Shown here: in pieces, positions 12,046 through 23,283 of the stretch | How the letters are laid out: each line of letters begins with the position of its first letter | Numbering within the stretch: the first letter of the stretch is position 1 | NCBI GenBank assembly: GCA_030167865.1 | Contig: JALAGF010000012.1 | Span: 1-55,423 of the forward strand | DNA: 55,423 nucleotides | Direction: 5' to 3' | DNA from: Craspedostauros australis | Lineage: Eukaryota | Translations under genes and position numbers: made by a program | The notes under the pieces: model-generated | Told to the model about the DNA's origin: nothing | Databases searched by the model: none | Seen by the model: only the letters and a program-made list of their open reading frames with translations

Positions 12046-14502
12046 TCACGTTTCACTTCTGAAGCTGCTGCGTTTTCGCGTTTCGCGTTTGTGTTGCCGT
12101 GTTCGTGTTCCCACCCTCGCGTGTTGACGTGTTGTTGGTGATCTGTTCCATGTCTGCTCTCTTTGCGTCCTCTGTAGTATCTGTCTCTCTTCATAGCTGT
12201 ACTCGTACGTTGTTTGCGCCTTCTCTTCAAAGAAGTGGAAGGAATTGCCATGCGTTCTGATCGCAGATGCGAACCCTGACACAACGCTTCGCATTGATTT
12301 GTTGACATTTTGTTCGATATCTATCTATCTGACCAAGGATAGAGCAAGTCGGAAGTTGGCATCTCCATCCGAAAGATTGCATCAAGTCAGATCCACCCCC
12401 ACGGCAAAAGCGTCCCATGGTATGCACATCTTCAACGTGGAGATGTTGCAGATGAGCCATGTCTTGACCGGTGTGCTTTCTTCGTTCACTGCAACAGAGC
12501 AGCACTCTACCATGCAAATGCAGGCCGACGGATCGCATGTGTCTTGATCGATGTGGCGTGATTGGTGTCATCGATGACGTCGCGGATTGATGCTCCCATG
12601 ACAAAAACCTTCGTCACAACGACACGGATCCTTCCTCGCACTGCCTGCCAGTTGGAGGAGGAAGATCAGATGCGTCGTTGATGCGAAAGATCTTCAAGGA
12701 ACCCAAACGCAACAACAACAGGACAACGAAGCCTGTTCGCGTTTGAACCGGATCTTTTCTCGTTCGCGTTTGACACGCACGTTCTCGTGGAGGCATGGGC
12801 GAGAAAGTGCAAAACCGAAGCGCAAGGTTGTGCGAACAAGATCCAAACATCGAAGACCTTCGTGGGATTGCAACCAAGAGAGAAGGGTTGGGGAGACAGA
12901 GGGAGGGAGAGGGATAGAGTTGCGTCCTCTCTTGTGACGTGTTGTAATGTGTCGGCTTGCGTGCAAGACAGATTGAGAAGGTGAAGGCTAATGCGCGTTG
13001 GTGGAAGAAAGGGGCAGCACCTGTCTTCGCCCCCGACGGCAATTTGGTTGACACCATGCCCATCAGCAACCATGACATGGCGTCAGATTGTTTGATGGTG
13101 TTCGTCATGACGACGATACGTCCACGACATCTCCCTAGATGGGTTGCATACTGCCACAATCTGCAGGCCGAGGCAAATAATCGACCCTGCGACAGAACAT
13201 TCGAAATGGCGGCGCCAACCTGAGCGAGGCATCAACGATGACCATTCTGAGAAGAGCGCAATGTTTGCATTGAGGAGCAATGGTGCACCGGCAAAAGATG
13301 ACGGAAGGCGAGAGTGCATTTTGGGAAATATGGCGACGGGCCGCCCTGCTTCCGTGTTGTCGTCGCTGCAATTATTCCGTGCGATCAGCCGTTGTCATGA
13401 TACCTCATGATGGCAGACCCATGGTCGGTGGTGACAATTGAATGGGGATGACGGAAGATCCTTGGATACGTATAATATGATGGTATGATGAGAGGATCCT
13501 AAGATAGCACTGTGTCGATCGACAGGGAAATTTAATTTGGAGCTGCTGCCGCAATGAGCCGAGTTGCCGCCAAGTGTTAATCAAGGACAGGTCGTTAAGA
13601 TGAAATTGCGACCTCATGGCATAGATGCCAGCCTACTCGTACTGCTATCACCGGGATGCAGCCGAGACAGTGCGTCAGAATTCTGCAGAAAGTGCTGACA
13701 GGCAAGCATCTGCCGAATGGCAGCATCAACAAGAATGTGGCTGCGACGAAAGTCAACGCATTCATCGTCAATATTGCGAATGCAATGTCAGGCGCATCAA
13801 CCTACGAATAAGAGTATGTGTATGGGACCATCACAGTGACAGCTTACCTTGTGACGTCGTCTTCAATGGATTATAGAATGGTGTACTATAATATTGTATT
13901 ATATTGTACACGTAAGCAACACCAAACGGAAAGCGCAGATCTCGGAGGTTTGGAAATTCTGGCTGTCCTTTCTCAGTGCCGTTGTACTTTGCCTGGTCGT
14001 TTTTTCATCCAGTATGTTGCCGACTCCCATTTGCCCATCGGTTGCAGCTTCCTTGTAGTTGTTCATTCATTCTTTAGGTGTTCATCCATGAGGTTGGAGT
14101 GCGGAATGAATAGAGTCGAGGAATGCTGTCACAACACATTGGCGGAGTCGCAGCACATCAGATTGATTGTTGCGAGATTGTTCTTGCGTTGACACATGCA
14201 AGTGATTGAAGATGAGGAAACACGAATCACGGACACTCTTGTTTCAATTCCAATTGACAAGTCAGCTCGGACGGTCTATGTCACCAAGATCTCGTGGAGG
14301 CATGTTCGCAGAACACAACAAGGCTGCGAACAACAATTCGGCATCCACTCAGCCATTGCTCGCGTTCTGCCATCCTCAGCTCTCCATACCCAGCAACACC
14401 CTCCCACCACCATATAATACATACGACCTGCAACGAGGCATCGGACAGAAGCAAAGGAGGAACCAGCCACAACACAGAGCCGCTCACAGTCGCACGCAGA
14501 CG

Positions 14503-16170
14503 ATGATGCACGCAGTTGGTTGTGGTGGTCGTGATCATTGTCAAAGTAGCTATCTTCTCCATCTTCGTCTGCGTCTGCTTCTTCACCTTCGTGCACCATC
14601 CTCGCTGCTGGTGGCCGTGCTTCTTGGGTCCCTGTCCTTGCTGCCTGTAGCAGGATCGTTCTCGTGGGGCTCTTGCTTCAGCCGAACGTCGCTCTGCTCT
14701 CACAGATCATTTGCGTCGCTCACGTGCGCTGCGTCGCGTATCGGAACAACGAGAACCTCATCAAGGACAATGGCAGCAAGGACAATGGCAACAACAACGG
14801 CAACAGCCAGAGACGATGATGACGACCTCGCTGGCAACCATCCATCGCAGCCAACGTGCGTAGTGATCGGAAAGATCATCATCGACGAGTACAAACACGA
14901 AACCAGCACCAACACGCAGTCGTTGACGATCGGCGGAGGCGGTCCGCAGGCAGCTTGGGGCGCCGCGGCTGCGCTCGCCATTCTGTCGACGCGAGATGGC
15001 GTGCCTGCGTCCCAGCCAGTCACCTTCATTGCGCCCGTCGGGAAATGGACCGACGCGGAACAGGAGGCGCTCGAGCACGCGGTAGGCAGCGCTGTGTCCA
15101 GCATCCATCTGATACGGAACGATGCGCTGCGGACTCCCAAGATCGCGCTGTGGCATGGAGAGAATCAGTCGATTCAGTGGAAACCGTTGGATGGATCGTG
15201 GGGTGAGGAAGGCGCCGACGCGCTGTGGAGGGACCGGCCTTCGTCGCAGGATGTCTTGGGCATTCTGCGGAACAACAGCGGCGGCATCGATGTTGACGAC
15301 ATTGATGTTGACAATGACGATGTTGACGATGTTGACGATGATAGTGCAGATGAAAGGCTCCTCGCCAACAGCCTCTTCATCATCATGGAGGGCGGTGCGA
15401 ATGGGGCCGCTGGTGGAATGGATTCGTTGCTGCTTTCGGATCCTGCGTTGATGGGCCGCATTGCCTTCACGGGTGTGGAACCCATCGTGTTTCCGGATGA
15501 AACGACGGGCAAGATCCGACAGGAGGACTTTCTGTGTTGCCAACAACGGATCAGACGACACGGGAACGCCATCGACCTCATTACTCCCGATGAGTTTCTC
15601 TACGAAGCGATCGCTGCCTCCGACAATGATGGAGGTGATGACACTGCCAATGAAATCGACTTGGACACCAAACACTCCAAGGTTTCGTCACCATTCTGGA
15701 ACGACTACGCGGTTGCGGCGAGGTATGGTCCACATGGCAGCATCTTGGCGACACCGTCAGCATCCGCATCGCCATTGTTGTCATCCGAAGCGACGGGCGC
15801 AAACGTCAACACAAGCAACACCAACACCAACAGCAACACCAACGATACCAGCCAACTCTCAACCAACAACCTCGAAGCAACCAGAACCGAAACCAAGATT
15901 CCCGCCGCAACACTAACAACCAAGGACGGTCAACCCGTCAACCCCACCGGCGCGGGCAATGCCTACTCATCGGCCATCACAGCAGCCTTGGGTGCGGGAG
16001 CATCTTACGTCGACGCTGCATGCATCGCCTCTGCGATCGGCGCGGTCGTGTGCGAGCACGAACATCTGCCGCCGTGGACGTCCGCGACGTTCGAGAGGAT
16101 ACGCGAGGCACGCGATGAGATTGCGGCGACGATGAAGAGGAACGAGTTGGCGGTGGCGCCGTTAAGCTAA
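14503..16170 (+). CDS. PfkB/ribokinase-like protein (MAK32-like variant), possibly plastid-targeted
   Basis: ORF 14206..16170, first plausible ATG pair at 14503 (start uncertain). 'VVIGKIIIDE', 'TIGGGGPQAAWGAA', 'IDLITPDE', 'RYGPHGS' and C-terminal signature 'VNPTGAGNAYSSAI'. Hydrophobic stretch ending 'VAGS-FSW' followed by an S/T/R-rich segment. Confidence 0.8.
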   Translation: MMHAVGCGGRDHCQSSYLLHLRLRLLLHLRAPSSLLVAVLLGSLSLLPVAGSFSWGSCFSRTSLCSHRSFASLTCAASRIGTTRTSSRTMAARTMATTTATARDDDDDLAGNHPSQPTCVVIGKIIIDEYKHETSTNTQSLTIGGGGPQAAWGAAAALAILSTRDGVPASQPVTFIAPVGKWTDAEQEALEHAVGSAVSSIHLIRNDALRTPKIALWHGENQSIQWKPLDGSWGEEGADALWRDRPSSQDVLGILRNNSGGIDVDDIDVDNDDVDDVDDDSADERLLANSLFIIMEGGANGAAGGMDSLLLSDPALMGRIAFTGVEPIVFPDETTGKIRQEDFLCCQQRIRRHGNAIDLITPDEFLYEAIAASDNDGGDDTANEIDLDTKHSKVSSPFWNDYAVAARYGPHGSILATPSASASPLLSSEATGANVNTSNTNTNSNTNDTSQLSTNNLEATRTETKIPAATLTTKDGQPVNPTGAGNAYSSAITAALGAGASYVDAACIASAIGAVVCEHEHLPPWTSATFERIREARDEIAATMKRNELAVAPLS

Positions 16171-16643
16171 GCTAGTCCATTCTAATCCAGTCAAATCGAG
16201 GAGAGTGGGCGTAACGTAAACAACTCCAGCTTGCGTGGCATGTTCATGGCCATCAACACCATCATCTGCCTGCTCTCCTCTTGACTTGTACGATAGTTTA
16301 CTCCGAAACAAGGACATGTTCGTTCACATTGTTCAACACAGGTCGAGCCTTGATGTCGGACAAATTGTTGAACAGATTGAATCTTTCCAAAACCAATCCA
16401 TTTTGATCGAATTGATGAGATCAACTCTTCTCGACTAAATGGACCAAAATCAGAACTGAAATGCTGATTTGTGACCAACAACCACAGCTGCACACGAACC
16501 ACGCGAACCACACGACGACAACCACAACATGAGAGGCGGTGTCAGTCCACGCTCATGAGTATAGGTAATACGACCTATCGGCACACACACACTTGCCCAT
16601 GCACTGGCGTCCCCGATTCATCAACTGAGCAAGGAAAGAGGCG

Positions 16644-18104
16644 ATGAGCGCAATGTCGATGTCGATGCAGGGGTCTTCGCAACCACCAGCGACGCGGTTG
16701 CGGCAGGCACATGCGCAGAGTCACCATCAATCGCTAAGAGGAGCTGCTCGCGATGGTGCGAAGGCAATGCAACCAGGACAGGCGCAACAGACAGCAGCAC
16801 GGCGGGGAGGGACCTTCCGCGTGGCAGCGATTGGATGTCTCTTCATCCTGCTGTTGCAGTTAGCTGGGGTCATCCAGATCGTCAGATCTGCTCCGGGCCA
16901 AGCTTTCCAACAGTCGAGCGTCGTCCAATTGGCTCTGCCATGGCTGCATCGGCTGTTCCCCAACCACCTCGGACAACAAGGCCATGGGAATCCATCTTCT
17001 CCATTGGCGTCAGGCGGAAGAGCACTGACGTTTCCATCCAATCACACAATCATCGTCATGGGGCTGCCTCGGTCCGGATCGGAGGCAATTCATGACTTCT
17101 TTGCGTGTCATGGCTGGGTGTCAACCCACTACTGCTGTTCTGCGCGGAGCGACGTTCATGAGGGACTCTCCACTTCGAGCTCGGCTTCCTCTCGATTCGC
17201 AATGCCATCCAGATTCCCTTGTCACATCGATCGCGGCACAACTACAGCGGCTGACACTCTTGGTGGCGACGACGCACCCATCAACTACCAACAAACAAGC
17301 ACATGTGGAAAGTGTGTCATCGACAACATGCAAAGCAGACGGAGGCCATTTGACGGCTGCCATTTCACCAATCCTGCGAATGAGCAATCAGACACGCAAC
17401 CAAGGGCGCAGTCACACTCATATTCGCAGTCGCACAATCACATCACGGTATGGTCCAGCTTTCACACCGAGACATCGGATCCGACGTATTCGTACTTCTT
17501 ACCACAGCACTTCGCGATCCCGTTGCTGCATGAGGCGTATCCGACGGCGACGTGGATACTGAACACGCGAGACACACCCGAGCGTTGGGCCAAGAGCGTC
17601 ATGCATTGGAATTCCATCACGCAGCGATTGTGGAATGCGTTCGGGTTATCCCGCAGGTTGAGTGACGATGACCGTCCGCGGCCATCCGCAGATGCGCACG
17701 TGACGCAGGAGCAGATATTGGAGGATCTGCAGATTCATCGCTTGGATGGCGATGTGTACAACCACACGCGGCATCTTCAGAAGCGCGAACTGCTCAAGGA
17801 AGTGTATCGCAACCACACGAAGAGGATTCAGGCATGGTCACGGCATCCGCTCTCCTCCGATCGATTGTTCGTCCACGTGAACGTTGACGATGAAACAGAG
17901 ACGAATGACATATTAACTCGGCTGGTGCAGACAATCCGGAATGGGCTTGGCGCTGGGACTGACATGTCGCCATTGTCATCAATGCCATCGTCACCATTGG
18001 TAGCAGCAACCAGTTCTGTTCCACCATACAACCCATCCTGCCGCTTCCAATTTGATTCCACCAGGCATGACAACGATTGGATGAACTTCACATTCCCGTT
18101 TTGA
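16644..18104 (+). CDS. Sulfotransferase-like P-loop protein with N-terminal membrane anchor (type II)
   Basis: 486 aa. TM 'VAAIGCLFILLLQLAGVIQIV', 5'-PSB-like 'IIVMGLPRSGSEAIHDFF', 3'-PB-like 'YPTATWILNTRDTPERWAKSV' and 'VYRNHTKRIQ'. Confidence 0.75.
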   Translation: MSAMSMSMQGSSQPPATRLRQAHAQSHHQSLRGAARDGAKAMQPGQAQQTAARRGGTFRVAAIGCLFILLLQLAGVIQIVRSAPGQAFQQSSVVQLALPWLHRLFPNHLGQQGHGNPSSPLASGGRALTFPSNHTIIVMGLPRSGSEAIHDFFACHGWVSTHYCCSARSDVHEGLSTSSSASSRFAMPSRFPCHIDRGTTTAADTLGGDDAPINYQQTSTCGKCVIDNMQSRRRPFDGCHFTNPANEQSDTQPRAQSHSYSQSHNHITVWSSFHTETSDPTYSYFLPQHFAIPLLHEAYPTATWILNTRDTPERWAKSVMHWNSITQRLWNAFGLSRRLSDDDRPRPSADAHVTQEQILEDLQIHRLDGDVYNHTRHLQKRELLKEVYRNHTKRIQAWSRHPLSSDRLFVHVNVDDETETNDILTRLVQTIRNGLGAGTDMSPLSSMPSSPLVAATSSVPPYNPSCRFQFDSTRHDNDWMNFTFPF

Positions 18105-20569
18105 TGCATTCAACGGAAGGTTTATGCATCTGCTTCTCCGTGGGAGTATTGCTACAACTGCCGTCGGTGACTGCAAGCGCAAACACAAATGGAGCTTCAG
18201 ATAAAGCGGCAAGTACAAATGGAAACGCAAATGCACACGGTATGAGATAGGCATGTATTTCACTCTGCTCTACCGCACACTGCTCTGAACATAGTACAAC
18301 GTCACACAGCAGCACACAACAACGCTCCTTTGACTCCAACACAACTCTGCAGTTTTCAGCTCCGACCGACGCTGCATTGCGCCGATCTCTCTCTCTCTTG
18401 TGGGGTGAAGCAAACTGATGCCGATGCAGATGTCGGCGGAAGAAGGTGTTGGCCTGTTCCGATAGGCACCATGCCAGTACCGTACATACTAAGACTCTTC
18501 CGACAAAGTACGAGTACACTCCACCAAAGATAGCGCAGAAATGAATCCAAACATGCCGAGCATCTCTCCGCAAGAGGAAGCAAAAACATGTCAAGCCGGC
18601 CACTTCCACCGTTCTTCACGGATCAAGGCAATGTTCCACAGGTGCGTCGTTGCTTCACCATGACGGATGCGAGCCCCCTCTTTTGCGTCCATGCGCGCAA
18701 TTTGCGCATCTTGGTGGCCATCTTGGCTTCCTCCACACCGTCATCATGGATTCGTTTTCGCTCCCTCGCATGTGCTCCACGTTCTATCGAACAATTGCAT
18801 CATTCTTTGGCTTCTCGTTTTGGTCGTTGTCGTTGTTGTTTCTGTTGTCATCGCTGTCATGCGGCCAACTGCCACACACCCGTCATCATCATTATCAATG
18901 TCACCTTGTGCGTCATTCCGAGATCGGCTTCATTCTCTCTTCACATCATGTTCGAGTGCCAAGACCTCTCACAGAGCGACAATACTGCCAATCCACCATG
19001 CCATCCTCCCAAAAACGCACACATCAAATTTCTGCAACAGAAGGAACGAGCGGATGGTTGGCCATCGGGCGCCACACGCCGTTCTTGTTGGTCATTGAGG
19101 GGTAGCTTCTTTTTGTTCTTTCCCATCAACGATCCATCATCTGGATTTTATCCGAACAGTTGGCAGAATGATGGCGAAGACGAGGCTCATGTGATGATTC
19201 TCTTTGTTCCTTTTTTTCTGTCTTGGTGTTGTGGTTGTGATTGTCGGTGGTCGTGGCGGTGGTGGTCTGTCCACCGTACTCATCATCATCCAGGCGCACG
19301 CTGTTTGTGTGTGGAACACACGTTTGGGGAGATCCCCTTCTGTTCGTGTTCGTTTGTTCCTTCCTCTCAACAATTTTGTGAAGGCGAACATACGTACATC
19401 ATGGCAGACGCTGCCGAATGTCGAAAGATACCATGTCTGCAGAAATCCGAACCCGAATGTGACATGCAGTCGTTAAGAATGATTTGTGTTACATGTCGCA
19501 GGGTGCACCTTACAATGGGTTTGTTCAATCCATCTGCACCGTCTGGCTGTTGGATTGACGTATGAGAACCCAGCAACGCGATGTATTGAATATATTCATG
19601 TATGTATATAAATGAATGTTGAGCTCATCCACCAGCTGCCATTGTTGACACCGCCCTTGTTCCTCGTGTCTTTGTGTTGGTATTTTGGGAAAAGTGTTGT
19701 CTGGGCAAGGTTGATGTTGCTGCTGTTGGGGGGAGGACACCGCGATTTGAATCCCAACGCAACGACGCAAGCGCGCGAGCTGCGAGGAGCGCGACAGAAA
19801 CCGTTCTGAATCGCGACAGCAGCGAGAGGCCATGATAGAGACCGTGGTAGCGGAGAGAATCAGAACCGACGCCTGCCCAAGCAGCAGCAGCAGCAGAAGA
19901 GGAGCGGCTGCCCGCTTCCGATGTGAAACATCAACATCAACACGAACATTGGAGGGCGCGCGGACACAAGCAGAGACATCAGAACCCACCGCCAATCGCC
20001 ATCATTCTTCGCGAAACATCGCGGCGGTCGTGTGCCACCCATCATCATTGCTTCTGTCATAAAAACGGAACACAGCGCAGCTCGACACAACCAAGCAGAA
20101 CACAGCCAAAGCAGAACAGAACAAAACAAAACAAACACAGGGCATCTTCGATCCATCGTCGCTTGCTTCCTTCTCAAACTTCCGTCCTCCATCGCACCGC
20201 ATCACATCGCGCTCCGTCGTGAACGATCCCTTCGGCCATCGCAATTGTCAATCGAGCAGCAAATACCATCAGCAGTCGGCACTCAGCAGTCTGGATACGT
20301 TCGCATAGAACAACCAAGACCAGCCCATAACAACACAAGCAACACAAGCAGTAAGGTTTGAACCACCGATCCTTGTGCAAACAGAGCATCAACTTTTGTG
20401 CCAGCAGAGGAATCCATCTCTTGCCTCATCTCGAGCTCCACAAATACCATCCATCACATTCATCACATCCACCACATTTCGGATTTTTGTTCCAATTCTT
20501 TCGTGTTGAGCAGAACACCAAGAATCCCCAATTCTCTCCATCCCACCACAATATCAAGTACGCCCAACA

Positions 20570-22270
20570 ATGACGAAATTCTTCGCAGCATCGCTCGCCG
20601 TCATGGCGGCACTGGCGGATCCAACATCGGCCTGGGTCCAGCCATCAACGTCCACAGCAGCATTTTCATCATCGTCCTCTCTGTCCAACACATTGCCACC
20701 GTCGGCAACCTCCCTGTCCGGTCGCGGCCAGCACCTGTCCTCGACCGCGCTCTCCATGTCCAAGAATTCTGATCGCGCCCGCGTCGAGCGGCTGCTGGAA
20801 GACAGCATGGGCGACGACTGGAGGGTCTTCCGAGCCAGGCTCGTCGCGCAGGAGCAGGCCGAGCACACCCAGAGACAGCAGGTCCACCATCAGCGCAGAG
20901 AGGCGCAGGCGTACAACGACAACTCCGGCAGAAGGGTCCATCACAACAGCCTCTCCTCCTCACCTCAGGTGGGCCAAAGATCCGCACCACCGCCCCCATC
21001 GGCACGTCGCCGCCAAGAGACCGTCGACGAGGAGCTGGCCAGAAACGGGCAGCTCGGCGACCTGTTCGGCGCCGCCATCTCATCCATCTTCCAAAAGAAC
21101 ACCCACGGCGGCAACAGCGGCAACTATGGGAGCCACGCTGGCGCCGGCACCACGGCGCACACCCACAGACGTCGCACCAACCAAGTCCAGAACAAGAACA
21201 AGAGCAGCCGGGCAAACATCTTCGACGGATCGTCGATCGGAGGAATGAACCTCGGAGGCATGGACTCCAACTTCGTCATCAATGATCCGTTCATGTCGGC
21301 CGACGAACTCCCCATCCACATGGATGTCGTGCCGTCCATCCAGATTGACAAGCACCGCTGGGCCCATCCCATCGACCACATCGAACGCGGATCCGTCCTC
21401 ATCGCCAACGAGAAGCTGGGAGGAGTGTTCCACCAGACCATCGTCCTCATCGTCGACCATCACGAGACCAAGGGAACCAGCGGAATCATCATCAACAGGT
21501 ACGTGTATTGCAGCTTGCAGCTTGGTCTGCGGGGGAGTCTCTTGGTTTGATCGTGTCTCACTCTATCCATGAAAGTAAAAAAAACTGACCGTGCTGACAA
21601 CTGCCCCACTCGTACCTTCACGACTGCATTACGAAACAACAATACACCATTCGCCTTGCCCTCTTCTCCTTTCGCCCATGTGCCTAATTTGGTCCCACGC
21701 AATGTCGACTCTCTCGACTATTAACTGTATGTCATCTCATGCCATCCCATCCCATTCTTCACAACACTTTGACGGAACCAAAGACCATTGGAAGGAAACT
21801 TCCGCAAGATTGCAAATGACAAGGAATCCAACATGAACCTGTCAATGAAGCTTGCCTTCTCGAAGTCGCCAGTCACCTACGGAGGACCCGTCCTTCCAGA
21901 AGACTTCTCCATCCTGCACGGCTTTGCCGAGGTTGAAGGTTCCAAGAAGCTGGCGCCCGGTGTCTTCATCGGCGGCTCCGAAGAATTGATGCAGCAGGTC
22001 CGCATCGCCCGGTTCGACCCGCGCCAAGCCCTCTTTGTGAAGGGTCATGCCGCTTGGGTCCCCAATCAGCTGTCACGCGAAATCATGAAGGGTGTGTGGT
22101 ACACCGCAAGCGTGTCGCCGGACTTCCTCCTCCGATATGCCGGCGCACCCACCACCGACGAAGACGACGAGAACGACCTGTGGTCGGATATCTTGACCGC
22201 CATGGGAGGCAAGTACGCCAAGATCGCCTCCCAGTACTCGGGTCGCGGAGATCGCCGAATGCGCCCATAG
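20570..22270 (+). CDS. DUF179 / AlgH-YqgE family protein with bipartite plastid-type presequence, about 471 aa, 2 exons
   Basis: Exon 1 20570-21498, intron 21499-21783 (GTACGT..AAG), exon 2 21784-22270. Splicing gives GIIINR|PLEGN. Motifs '[11 protein letters not shown]', '[14 protein letters not shown]', 'FHQTIVLIV', 'YGGPV' and '[17 protein letters not shown]'. Signal peptide ends 'TSA-WVQP'. Confidence 0.9.
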
Positions 22271-23283
22271 GTTGGTAGCAACGTTCAGGCCATGAGCGGA
22301 TCCATGGCCAAAGGTCAATCATTTCGACGATGTTGGTGGGAAATGCATAGCAGCAGAATGTGGTGTCGCAACAGAAGCAATCGCCACTTTGGCGACACTA
22401 TTCATATCCAAACAGCACAACCGCGACAGCAACAGCAACGGCACTATACCATCGCGCCTATACGCACACCACCAAATGTATCAACACATGCCAAGCAACG
22501 ACACGATCCGCAATAGAGAACTCAGCTCAGACCTCTGACCCAAACCAAACCAATTCAAACCGCATCCAATCAACAACCAACAGCCAACAACACTGACGCC
22601 GCATACAAGCACCGTAGTCTACCAATATTCACACAGCAAGCAAAGAGCACACGCGACACACGCAATCAATGACAGATACAAGAGAGAATGCGGCGATACG
22701 TACACAAATGATGTCGCCTTCTTTCCTTTCGGCGCAATACAAATATACACACACAATCTAAATTTCACCAAAATACAGCCCCACCATCTTTGGGAAACAT
22801 CTTGCTTGTTGCCTGCATCCGCATCTGTGCCTGCGTCTGCATTTCTCTTCTTTTCTGGTGGTGGCCTTCGTACTCGCACGAAGTACTGAGTGCCCTTTGG
22901 TGAGCAGTCGCAAAGAATGGTTCCGGAAGTTGGCCTGATCGCCTCCGCCAAACAAGCACCTCCATTGTGTCCTGTTCGAGAACAACAAAGACAAACGCAA
23001 GGGAGAGATGGAGACACAGGCATTCATTTTTTGGATCTTTTTCGTATCTGCATCTATTTCGAAATACTAATTTACGCCTGTCCGTCTACCCTGCCATCAT
23101 TCATCTTTTGTCTCGCACCAACAACCTCCCAAGAGAACAAATCGCGGAACACATCAGCATCAACATCAACATTGTGGATGAGACAAACACATCGTCAATC
23201 AAGTGGGAAGCAGTCACTCTGCCTGTACTCGTAGTTGTGTCGAAGGCAGCGTTGCAGGCTCTATCCAAATCACGCGGTGCAAG

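Noticed and set aside
18588..19565. 325-aa Cys-rich ORF
   Set aside because: Composition follows TG-rich simple sequence; no domain pattern.
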